DNA of 24,000 nt from Enterovibrio baiacu. Lineage in GTDB: Bacteria; Pseudomonadota; Gammaproteobacteria; Enterobacterales; Vibrionaceae. The stretch lies in NCBI RefSeq assembly GCF_004120195.1, contig NZ_SCHN01000008.1:261973-285972 (forward strand), read 5' to 3'. Under the pieces are notes generated by a model. That model was given only the letters and a program-made list of their open reading frames with translations. It did no database searches and had not been told where the DNA came from. The translations under genes were made by a program, and so were the position numbers. Shown here in pieces: positions 16,886 through 24,000 of the stretch. Within the stretch, counting starts at the first letter, position 1. The number at the start of each line of letters is the position of its first letter.

Positions 16886-16989
16886 AGGGTCACATCCTTG
16901 ATTCGCGATAAGGCTAGGTTAACGTAAATTGAGCGCTTCGGTATACTATGGGGAAATTCTTCGACCCTTTTCCGTGATTTAGGATGAAC

Positions 16990-17748
16990 ATGAATAACTT
17001 CGAATTAGAGGCGCTGCTCAACACTTTTTTGAAGCCTCAGGCCATAAAAGACTACTGCCCGAACGGCATGCAAGTTGAAGGGAAATCAGACGTAAAGAAA
17101 ATTGTCACGGGTGTGACGGCATGTCAGTCGCTAATTGACGAAGCTATTGCACATAACGCTGATGCGATATTGGTCCATCATGGCTACTTTTGGCGTGGAG
17201 AATCCGAGCCGTTGAAAGGCATGAAATTTCGCCGTATTAAAGCCTTGATAGAAAATGGCATTAATTTGTATGCCTACCACCTTCCGCTCGATGTGCATCC
17301 AGAAGTGGGAAACAATGCTCAGTTAGCCGCGATGCTGGAGATCGATGTTAAAGGGGGATTGGAAGAGGGCAATCCAAACTCTGTTGCCATTTGGGGTGAG
17401 CTTAACACCCCAATGTCTGCGGATGCTTTTTCTGCATTTATCCAGAAAAAACTGAATCGTGCCCCTTTGCATATTGATGGTGGGAATGCCGGAGACATTA
17501 AGCGTGTGGGTTGCTGTACGGGCGGCGGTCAGGACTTTATTGACCTCGCCGCGAGCAACGGCTTGGATGCCTTCATTTCCGGAGAAGTGTCAGAGCGCAC
17601 GACGTTTTCAGCAAGAGAGCAGGGGATTCATTACTTTGCTGCAGGGCATCACGCAACGGAACGCTATGGCGTGAAAGCACTGGGTGAATGGTTGGCAAAA
17701 CATCATGGCTTCGATGTCACTTTCATTGATATTGACAACCCGGTTTAG
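16990..17748 (+). CDS. ybgI: Nif3-family dinuclear metal centre protein YbgI (GTP cyclohydrolase 1 type 2 homologue)
   Basis: The ORF track starts at 16984. I prefer ATG at 16990 (MNNFELEALLN vs E. coli MKNTELEQLIN), with AGGA 5 nt upstream. The motifs NGMQVEGK, VHHGYFW and HLPLDVHPEVGNNAQLA are as in YbgI. Confidence 0.93.
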   Translation: MNNFELEALLNTFLKPQAIKDYCPNGMQVEGKSDVKKIVTGVTACQSLIDEAIAHNADAILVHHGYFWRGESEPLKGMKFRRIKALIENGINLYAYHLPLDVHPEVGNNAQLAAMLEIDVKGGLEEGNPNSVAIWGELNTPMSADAFSAFIQKKLNRAPLHIDGGNAGDIKRVGCCTGGGQDFIDLAASNGLDAFISGEVSERTTFSAREQGIHYFAAGHHATERYGVKALGEWLAKHHGFDVTFIDIDNPV

Positions 17749-17815
17749 CATGTGAAGTAAAATGCCTCGTGTTTAGGTTGGAAGATGTTGCCTTTTTCTG
17801 ACCGCGAACAGGCAT

Positions 17816-17848
17816 AAAAAAACGCCGCAATTGCGGCGTTTTTGTTTT
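17816..17848. terminator. Bidirectional intrinsic terminator between convergent ybgI and gltA
   Basis: AAAAAAACGCCGC-aatt-GCGGCGTTTTTGTTTT. It lies 13 nt beyond the gltA stop. Confidence 0.9.
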
Positions 17849-17860
17849 CTAAACGTAGGC

Positions 17861-19150
17861 TTACTCGCGTTCGCCAAGAGGTTTAAACTCACGCTGATCG
17901 TAACCAGTGTATAGCTGGCGTGGACGACCGATGCGGTTTTGAGGATCGCCGTGCATTTCGTTCCAGTGTGCAATCCAACCGATAGTACGAGACATCGCAA
18001 AGATCACAGTGAACATCGAAACAGGAATACCGATCGCTTTCAGAATGATACCTGAGTAGAAATCGACGTTCGGGTACAGCTTTCTCTCGATAAAGTACGG
18101 GTCAGAAAGTGCAATGCGTTCTAGCTCCATAGCAACGTCCAACAATGGGTCGCTAATGTTCAGCTCATCAAGAACGTCATGACATGCTTGGTTCATTACC
18201 GTTGCACGTGGGTCGTGGTTTTTGTAAACGCGGTGACCAAAGCCCATCAAACGGAATGGGTCGTCTTTGTCTTTCGCACGTTCAATAAACTCAGGGATGT
18301 TTTCAACTGAACCGATTTCTTCCAGCATCTTCAAACATGCTTCGTTAGCACCGCCGTGTGCTGGTCCCCAAAGTGATGCGATACCTGCCGCGATACACGC
18401 GAATGGGTTAGCACCAGAAGAACCCGCTAGACGAACCGTAGAGGTTGACGCATTTTGTTCGTGGTCAGCATGCAGGGTAAAGATTTTATCCATTGCACGA
18501 GCGACAACCGGATTCACTTCGTATTCTTCACAAGGCGTAGCAAACATCATGTGAAGGAAGTTCTCTGCATAGTCTAAATCGTTACGTGGGTAGATGAACG
18601 GCTGCCCAATTGAATACTTGTAACACATTGCCGCAAGGGTCGGCATTTTAGACAACAGACGGTATGCCGTGATCTCACGGTGAACATCGTTATTGATGTC
18701 GAGTGAGTCATGGTAGAACGCCGCAAGTGCACCAACAACACCAACCATAACAGCCATTGGGTGTGCATCTCGGCGGAAACCGTGGAAGAAGCTCGCGATT
18801 TGCTCGTGAACCATTGTGTGACGGCTTACAACGCGACGGAATTCTGTATATTGAGCTCGAGTTGGGCTTTCGCCATACAGAAGGATATAACAAACTTCTA
18901 AATAGTCAGCGTTATTGGCGAGTTGATCAATCGGATAGCCTCTGTGCAATAAAACGCCTGCGTCACCATCAATGTACGTAATTTGTGACTCACACGACGC
19001 TGTTGCAACAAAACCCGGGTCAAACGTAAAAAATCCATTTGCGCCCAAAGCACGAACATCGATCACTTCTGGACCGACTGTGCCTCCTTTGATCGGCAGT
19101 TCGATAGGTGCTTTCCCTTCAAGATGTAGGGTAGCTTTCTTATCTGCCAT
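17861..19150 (-). CDS. gltA: Citrate synthase (type II)
   Basis: 429-aa [22 protein letters not shown]... and the signature [14 protein letters not shown] are present, and it is colinear with E. coli GltA (427 aa). An AAGGAG SD lies upstream. Confidence 0.97.
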   Translation of the reverse strand: MADKKATLHLEGKAPIELPIKGGTVGPEVIDVRALGANGFFTFDPGFVATASCESQITYIDGDAGVLLHRGYPIDQLANNADYLEVCYILLYGESPTRAQYTEFRRVVSRHTMVHEQIASFFHGFRRDAHPMAVMVGVVGALAAFYHDSLDINNDVHREITAYRLLSKMPTLAAMCYKYSIGQPFIYPRNDLDYAENFLHMMFATPCEEYEVNPVVARAMDKIFTLHADHEQNASTSTVRLAGSSGANPFACIAAGIASLWGPAHGGANEACLKMLEEIGSVENIPEFIERAKDKDDPFRLMGFGHRVYKNHDPRATVMNQACHDVLDELNISDPLLDVAMELERIALSDPYFIERKLYPNVDFYSGIILKAIGIPVSMFTVIFAMSRTIGWIAHWNEMHGDPQNRIGRPRQLYTGYDQREFKPLGERE

Positions 19151-19200
19151 AACATTCTCCTTTGTTATTTTATAATCCTATCCCGGATACGGACCACGTT

Positions 19201-19229
19201 GTTGTACCGATCGCCGAATAAGATGTCAA
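19201..19229 (-). promoter_or_regulatory. Candidate sigma70 promoter for gltA
   Basis: On the minus strand: a perfect -35 TTGACA (19229-19224), a 17-nt spacer, and -10 TACAAC (19206-19201). This predicts a leader of about 45 nt. Confidence 0.4.
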
Positions 19230-19326
19230 TTTAGAGAAGTGAACTTTGTCGGGTGCGCGCAAGTATAAAAAATATGTGCAGTTTAAGTTAATGCTCTGTT
19301 TCGGGATTTCCGTCAATTTTATTGGT

Positions 19327-19355
19327 TTGTGTTTAAATGTTACGGGGCATATACT
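19327..19355 (+). promoter_or_regulatory. Candidate sigma70 promoter for sdhCDAB
   Basis: TTGTGT-N17-TATACT. This would give a 5' UTR of about 190 nt, comparable to the long sdhC leader in E. coli. Confidence 0.3.
19328..19342 (+). promoter_or_regulatory. ArcA-box-like element within the predicted sdhC promoter spacer
   Basis: tgtgtTTAAATGTTA matches 11/15 positions of the ArcA consensus GTTAATTAAATGTTA. The 3' ten bases, TTAAATGTTA, are an exact match. Confidence 0.3.
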
Positions 19356-19553
19356 CTGCCGCAGGTCTCTGGATATTACACAAAGCCGAGGCGTTTCGGG
19401 GCTCAATTCGATATTTTTTCTGCGTAAAACGGCGCATGAACTGCAGTAAATAGCAGTAGAGTCCGTAAACGTGACCAAGATGTTGTAAGTCTAGCGCTGT
19501 CGCAAGATGTGATACCAGGGAGTGTTATAACAATAAATGCTCAATGGAGCTGA

Positions 19554-19946
19554 GTGGGCCATATCGTGAAAGTAAGAAAGCCAAGACCGGTAAACCTCGA
19601 CCTCCAGACCATTCGCTTCCCTATCACAGCGATCGCGTCTATAGCGCACCGTGTATCGGGTGTAATCACCTTTATATCGGTTGCCATCCTACTATGGCTT
19701 TTAAGCCTATCCCTTTCTTCCCCAAGTGGTTTCGAGTCTGCTGCAGGCTTCGTAGATAGCTTCTTCGCCAAATTTATTCTGTGGGGCATTCTCACTGCTT
19801 TGGCGTATCACATCGTTGGTGGTATCCGTCACCTTTTGATGGACATGAAGTATTTCGAAGAACTTGAAACAGGCACGTTAAGTGCACAAGTTGCGTTTGG
19901 CGTAACCGCATTTCTATCTGTTTTAGCGGGGATTTTAGTATGGTAG
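19554..19946 (+). CDS. sdhC: Succinate dehydrogenase cytochrome b556 subunit
   Basis: 130-aa ORF with a GTG start directly after an in-frame TGA; GGAG lies 4 nt upstream. An alternative GTG is at 19566. [30 protein letters not shown] is nearly identical to E. coli SdhC. Confidence 0.93.
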   Translation: MGHIVKVRKPRPVNLDLQTIRFPITAIASIAHRVSGVITFISVAILLWLLSLSLSSPSGFESAAGFVDSFFAKFILWGILTALAYHIVGGIRHLLMDMKYFEELETGTLSAQVAFGVTAFLSVLAGILVW

Positions 19947-20287
19947 GACATGTATCTTCTTTCGGTAGAAACGGGGTTCATGATTTTATCTTGATCCGCG
20001 CGACTGCCATCATAATGACTCTTTATACCCTCTATATGGTGGGATTTTTTGCATTTGGCCCTGAGCTAACGTACCAGACGTGGCTCGAATTCTGGAGCCA
20101 AACGAGCAACAAAGTCTTCACCATGCTGGCGCTTGTTTGCGTGCTCATCCATGCATGGATCGGCATGTGGCAGGTATTGACTGATTACATCAAGCCAACA
20201 CTGCTTCGTGCGCTGATGCAGTTCGGTATCGTTGCTTTGCTGTTCGTCTATCTGTTGACCGGCTTTTTCGTTTTGTGGGGTGTGTAA
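19940..20287 (+). CDS. sdhD: Succinate dehydrogenase hydrophobic membrane anchor subunit
   Basis: 115 aa, the same length as E. coli Sdh[17 protein letters not shown]...[17 protein letters not shown] matches SdhD. It overlaps the end of sdhC by 7 nt (ATGGTAG). Confidence 0.96.
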   Translation: MVGHVSSFGRNGVHDFILIRATAIIMTLYTLYMVGFFAFGPELTYQTWLEFWSQTSNKVFTMLALVCVLIHAWIGMWQVLTDYIKPTLLRALMQFGIVALLFVYLLTGFFVLWGV

Positions 20288-22054
20288 GTGAGTATTCCAG
20301 TAAGAGAATTCGACGCAATTGTTATTGGTGCGGGCGGCGCAGGTATGCGTGCTGCACTTCAAATTTCTGAGCAGGGCCTATCTTGTGCACTGCTATCCAA
20401 AGTTTTCCCAACGCGTTCGCATACTGTGTCTGCGCAAGGTGGTATTACCGTTGCTCTGGGTAACTCCCATGAGGACAACTGGGAATGGCACATGTATGAC
20501 ACCGTAAAAGGGTCTGATTACATTGGCGACCAAAACGCGATTGAGTACATGTGTAAAACAGGTCCTCAATCCATCATCGAATTGGAAAAAATGGGTCTTC
20601 CATTCTCTCGTTTCGAAGATGGCAGCATCTACCAACGTCCATTTGGCGGTCAGTCAAAGGCGTTTGGTGGTGAGCAGGCAGCACGTACCGCAGCAGCAGC
20701 TGACCGTACAGGTCACGCATTGCTTCACACGCTTTACCAACAGAACATTAAAAACAAAACAACGATTTTTTCTGAGTGGTATGCGCTTGATTTGGTTAAA
20801 AACCAAGACGGTGCCGTGGTCGGTGCAACGGCGATGGACATGGAAAGCGGCGAAATTTGTTATTTCAAAGCGAAAGCAACCGTTCTTGCTACAGGTGGTG
20901 CAGGCCGTATTTATCAATCTACAACCAACGCCCACATCAACACGGGTGACGGCGTAGGTATGGCATTGCGTGCAGGCGTGCCAATGCAAGACATGGAAAT
21001 GTGGCAATTCCACCCAACGGGCATTGCAGGCGCAGGCGTTCTGGTAACAGAAGGCTGTCGTGGTGAGGGTGGTTACCTTCTCAACAAAGACGGCGAGCGC
21101 TTCATGGAACGTTATGCACCAAACGCGAAAGACCTTGCTGGTCGTGACGTTGTTGCACGTTCAATGATGGTTGAAATTCGTGAAGGCCGTGGCTGTGAAG
21201 GTCCTTGGGGTCCACACATTAAATTGAAACTTGATCACTTGGGTAAAGACGTTCTTGAAGCTCGTCTACCAGGCATTCTTGAATTGTCTCGTACCTTTGC
21301 TCACGTTGACCCAATTAAAGAACCCATCCCTGTTATTCCAACCTGTCACTACATGATGGGTGGCGTGCCAACGCAAATTTCAGGTCAAGCCATCAAGCAA
21401 GATCCGAACGGCAACGATGTTGAAGTTCAAGGTCTGTTCGCGTGTGGTGAGATTGCGAGTGTATCGGTTCACGGTGCAAACCGTCTGGGCGGTAACTCAT
21501 TGCTCGACTTGGTGGTATTTGGTCGTGCGACCGGTCTACACCTTGGTGAAACGTTGGCTGCTCAAGTCGAAGCGCGTGATGCGTCTGAATCTGATATCGA
21601 AGCATCTCTTGCTCGTGTAAATCGTTGGAATTCAACGCAGAAAGGCGAAGACCCTGTTCAAATTCGTAAAGATCTTCAGTCTTGCATGCAGAACAATTTC
21701 TCGGTATTCCGCGAAGGTGACGCTATGGCGAAAGGACTGGAAGAACTTAAAGTTATCCGTGAGCGCCTAAAAGAAGCGCGCTTGGATGACACCTCTAGCG
21801 AGTTCAATACTCAGCGTATTGAATGTTTAGAGCTTGATAACCTGATGGAAACAGCATTCTCAACGGCTGTTGCGGCTAACTACCGTACAGAAAGCCGTGG
21901 TGCTCACGCTCGCTTTGACTTCCAAGAGCGTGATGATGAGAACTGGCTATGCCACACCATCTACAACCCAGAAACTGAAGCGATGACGAAGCGTGATGTA
22001 AACATGGAACCTATTCATCGTGATACATTCCCGCCTAAAGCGCGTACATACTAA
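20288..22054 (+). CDS. sdhA: Succinate dehydrogenase flavoprotein subunit
   Basis: 588 aa with a GTG start abutting the sdhD TAA. It has the FAD fold [12 protein letters not shown] and the covalent-FAD histidine context [10 protein letters not shown]. Length is identical to E. coli SdhA. Confidence 0.98.
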   Translation: MSIPVREFDAIVIGAGGAGMRAALQISEQGLSCALLSKVFPTRSHTVSAQGGITVALGNSHEDNWEWHMYDTVKGSDYIGDQNAIEYMCKTGPQSIIELEKMGLPFSRFEDGSIYQRPFGGQSKAFGGEQAARTAAAADRTGHALLHTLYQQNIKNKTTIFSEWYALDLVKNQDGAVVGATAMDMESGEICYFKAKATVLATGGAGRIYQSTTNAHINTGDGVGMALRAGVPMQDMEMWQFHPTGIAGAGVLVTEGCRGEGGYLLNKDGERFMERYAPNAKDLAGRDVVARSMMVEIREGRGCEGPWGPHIKLKLDHLGKDVLEARLPGILELSRTFAHVDPIKEPIPVIPTCHYMMGGVPTQISGQAIKQDPNGNDVEVQGLFACGEIASVSVHGANRLGGNSLLDLVVFGRATGLHLGETLAAQVEARDASESDIEASLARVNRWNSTQKGEDPVQIRKDLQSCMQNNFSVFREGDAMAKGLEELKVIRERLKEARLDDTSSEFNTQRIECLELDNLMETAFSTAVAANYRTESRGAHARFDFQERDDENWLCHTIYNPETEAMTKRDVNMEPIHRDTFPPKARTY

Positions 22055-22069
22055 GGGAGGTAGATAATT

Positions 22070-22780
22070 ATGAAACTGAATTTCTCTGTATATCGTTACA
22101 ACCCGGATGTTGATGACGCGCCGCACATGAAAGGGTACACCCTTGAAGTGCCAGACGGCTCGGACATGATGGTGCTAGATGCTTTGATCTTGTTGAAAGA
22201 ACAAGATGCAACGCTCGCATTCCGTCGCTCTTGTCGCGAAGGGGTTTGTGGGTCTGACGGCATTAACATGAACGGTAAGAATGGATTGGCGTGTGTGACG
22301 CCGTTGTCAGCACTGACTGACAAATCCAGCATTGTTATCCGACCATTACCTGGTCTACCCGTTGTGCGTGACTTGATTGTCGATATGACGCAGTTCTACA
22401 CGAACTACGAGCGCGTGAAGCCGTTCTTGATTAACGACGGCACACCACCATCGCGTGAAAATCTGCAATCTCCGGATGATCGTGCACACCTTGACGGGCT
22501 GTATGAATGCATCATGTGTGCATGTTGTACAACGTCTTGCCCTTCGTTTTGGTGGAACCCAGACAAGTTTATCGGACCTGCAGGTCTCTTGGCGGCATAC
22601 CGCTGGCTTATCGATAGCCGAGACACTGCAACGGACGAACGTTTATCAGATCTGGACGACGCTTTTAGTGTTTTCCGTTGCCATAGCATTATGAACTGTG
22701 TAAATGTTTGTCCTAAAGGGCTTAATCCGACAAAAGCAATTGGTCATATTCGATCAATGCTGCTCAAACGAGCTGTCTAA
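22070..22780 (+). CDS. sdhB: Succinate dehydrogenase iron-sulfur subunit
   Basis: 236 aa with a GGGAGG SD upstream. It has three Cys clusters: CREGVCGSDG, CIMCACCTTSCP and CHSIMNCVNVCP. Confidence 0.98.
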   Translation: MKLNFSVYRYNPDVDDAPHMKGYTLEVPDGSDMMVLDALILLKEQDATLAFRRSCREGVCGSDGINMNGKNGLACVTPLSALTDKSSIVIRPLPGLPVVRDLIVDMTQFYTNYERVKPFLINDGTPPSRENLQSPDDRAHLDGLYECIMCACCTTSCPSFWWNPDKFIGPAGLLAAYRWLIDSRDTATDERLSDLDDAFSVFRCHSIMNCVNVCPKGLNPTKAIGHIRSMLLKRAV

Positions 22781-22806
22781 GCCGCCGAATTGATACAAAA
22801 TCTAGA

Positions 22807-22834
22807 TTTAAGCTCCTCGAAAGGGGAGCTTAAA
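22807..22834 (+). other. Stable hairpin in the sdhB-sucA spacer (GAAA loop, no U-tract)
   Basis: TTTAAGCTCC-tcgaaagg-GGAGCTTAAA is a perfect 10-bp stem. It extends to 12 bp (C-G and U-G pairs) closing a GAAA tetraloop. It is followed by AGGAGCCCGG, so it is not a canonical intrinsic terminator. Confidence 0.5.
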
Positions 22835-22894
22835 AGGAGCCCGGTTAGTCCCCAGGCATTGCAACACATATAACTAAGTGGTTAAGGGATAACA

Positions 22895-24000
22895 ATGCAA
22901 AATGGCGTGATGAAGGCTTGGCTTGAGTCTTCTCATTTGGCTGGCGCCAATGCAACTTACGTAGAAGACCTCTACGAACTGTACCTCAGTGACCCCGAGT
23001 CTGTTGAAAACGAATGGCGAGCAATTTTCGATGAATTGCCCGTTGTGAATGGAAAAGCACCCGAGCAAGCCCACTCCAGAGTTCGTGATTATTTCCGTAG
23101 ACTCGCTACCGAGACAGCGCATCATAGTGCCTCAGTCAGTGACCCAGATGTAGACGCAAAACAGGTTAAAGTATTGCAGCTTATCAATGCTTACCGTTTT
23201 CGAGGACATCAACAAGCAAACTTGGATCCTTTAGGTATTTGGCAACGCGACCGTGTACCTGACTTAGATCCGTCATTCCACTCTCTCAACGAAGATGACT
23301 TCGAAGAGACGTTCAACGTCGGTTCTTTTGCTATTGGGCAAGAGAGCATGAAACTCGCCGATTTGTATGAAGCGTTAAACAAAACCTACTGTGGTTCTGT
23401 TGGTGCGGAATACATGCACATTACAGATACCGAAGAAAAGCGTTGGCTCCAGCAGCGTATCGAATCTGTTGTGGGTCAGCCTGAGTTCTCAACAGATGAA
23501 AAAATCACACTTCTTGAAGAGCTAACAGCGGCAGAAGGTCTTGAGCGCTATCTTGGTGCGAAATTCCCTGGCGCGAAACGCTTCTCTCTAGAAGGTGGTG
23601 ATGCACTCATCCCGATGGTGAAGGAAATCATTCGCCAAGCAGGTGCAAATGGAGCACGTGAAGTCGTCGTAGGTATGGCTCACCGTGGTCGTTTGAACAT
23701 GTTGGTTAACGTTCTAGGTAAGAAGCCTTCTGAGCTTTTCGACGAATTCGCCGGCAAGCATGATGAAACTTGGGGTACAGGTGATGTGAAATATCACCAA
23801 GGTTTCTCAAGTGACTTTGCAACACCAGGTGGCGATGTTCACTTGGTGATGGCATTCAACCCATCTCACTTAGAAATCGTAAACCCTGTGGTGATTGGTT
23901 CTGTGCGTGCACGTCAAGATCGCCTCGGTGATAAAGACGGCTCTACTGTCCTTCCTATTTCTATTCACGGTGACTCTGCAATCGCAGGTCAAGGTGTGGT
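22895..24000 (+). CDS. sucA: 2-oxoglutarate dehydrogenase E1 component (5' part; continues past window end)
   Basis: ATG at 22895 with an AAGGGA SD, and the frame is open to the window edge. MQNGVMKAWLESSHLAGANATYVEDLYELYLSDPESV parallels the E. coli SucA N-terminus. The later motifs AHRGRLNMLVNVLGKKP and GDVKYHQGFS are present. It is not in the ORF track because there is no stop in the window. Confidence 0.96.
   Translation, partial: MQNGVMKAWLESSHLAGANATYVEDLYELYLSDPESVENEWRAIFDELPVVNGKAPEQAHSRVRDYFRRLATETAHHSASVSDPDVDAKQVKVLQLINAYRFRGHQQANLDPLGIWQRDRVPDLDPSFHSLNEDDFEETFNVGSFAIGQESMKLADLYEALNKTYCGSVGAEYMHITDTEEKRWLQQRIESVVGQPEFSTDEKITLLEELTAAEGLERYLGAKFPGAKRFSLEGGDALIPMVKEIIRQAGANGAREVVVGMAHRGRLNMLVNVLGKKPSELFDEFAGKHDETWGTGDVKYHQGFSSDFATPGGDVHLVMAFNPSHLEIVNPVVIGSVRARQDRLGDKDGSTVLPISIHGDSAIAGQGV

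Noticed and set aside
19170-19478. 102-aa minus-strand and 67-aa plus-strand (19246..19449) ORFs in the gltA-sdhC spacer
   Set aside because: They have no SD sequences, overlap each other and the predicted promoters, and their translations look random. The region corresponds to the well-known regulatory spacer between gltA and sdhC.
19544-19759. 71-aa ATG-initiated ORF overlapping the sdhC start in another frame
   Set aside because: It is out of frame with the conserved SdhC sequence, has no SD, and gives a Pro/Arg/Cys-rich translation. The sdhC frame starting at GTG 19554 matches orthologues residue for residue.
20319-21635. Alternative-frame and antisense ORFs inside sdhA (for example 20523..20957 of 144 aa and 20654..21013 of 119 aa)
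   Set aside because: They are fully embedded in the strongly conserved sdhA frame, with Arg/Cys/Thr-rich nonsense-like translations and no initiation signals.
1-24000. Search for mobile elements, CRISPR repeats, long direct or inverted repeats, integrase/transposase-like ORFs, toxin-antitoxin pairs or defence-type gene clusters
   Set aside because: None was found. Every ORF over 100 aa that is not an antisense shadow is assigned to a conserved housekeeping family or one of three small DUF-type genes. Intergenic spacers are short (403 bp at most) and are explained by promoters and terminators. By eye, composition is uniform across the window.

Overview
This window is a densely packed, conserved housekeeping segment of a gammaproteobacterial, Vibrionaceae-like chromosome. 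I call 22 protein-coding genes and find no rRNA, tRNA, CRISPR, transposase, integrase, phage, toxin or defence-like content. Gene order mirrors the E. coli 15-16 min region. It runs: a partial Kef-type antiporter; nagC-nagA-nagB (minus) divergent from nagE; a GH20 chitobiase lipoprotein; glnS; fur; a DUF4442-like hotdog gene; fldA; a small DUF2788-like membrane protein; ybfF; seqA; pgm; a DUF1853-like gene; ybgI; then gltA divergent from sdhCDAB, followed by the 5' part of sucA. All recognisable orthologues are full length, with no pseudogenes. Most convergent gene pairs are separated by clean, often bidirectional intrinsic terminators. I do not see convincing evidence for a novel multi-gene system, and most of the window is ordinary core metabolism. 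The points most worth a second look are modest. (1) A 27-nt copy (22/27 identity, 14-nt perfect core) of the fur ribosome-binding/start region lies upstream of glnS, so the predicted glnS leader is complementary to the fur RBS. (2) At the nagE-chitobiase junction, a palindrome with NagC-like arms and a terminator leave no room for a separate promoter. (3) Three poorly characterised conserved genes (DUF4442-like, DUF2788-like, DUF1853-like with a nuclease-like D..E..K pattern) sit at positions that differ from E. coli synteny. (4) There are several candidate regulatory palindromes and hairpins. All family assignments come from my recognition of translated sequence and motifs, not from a database search.
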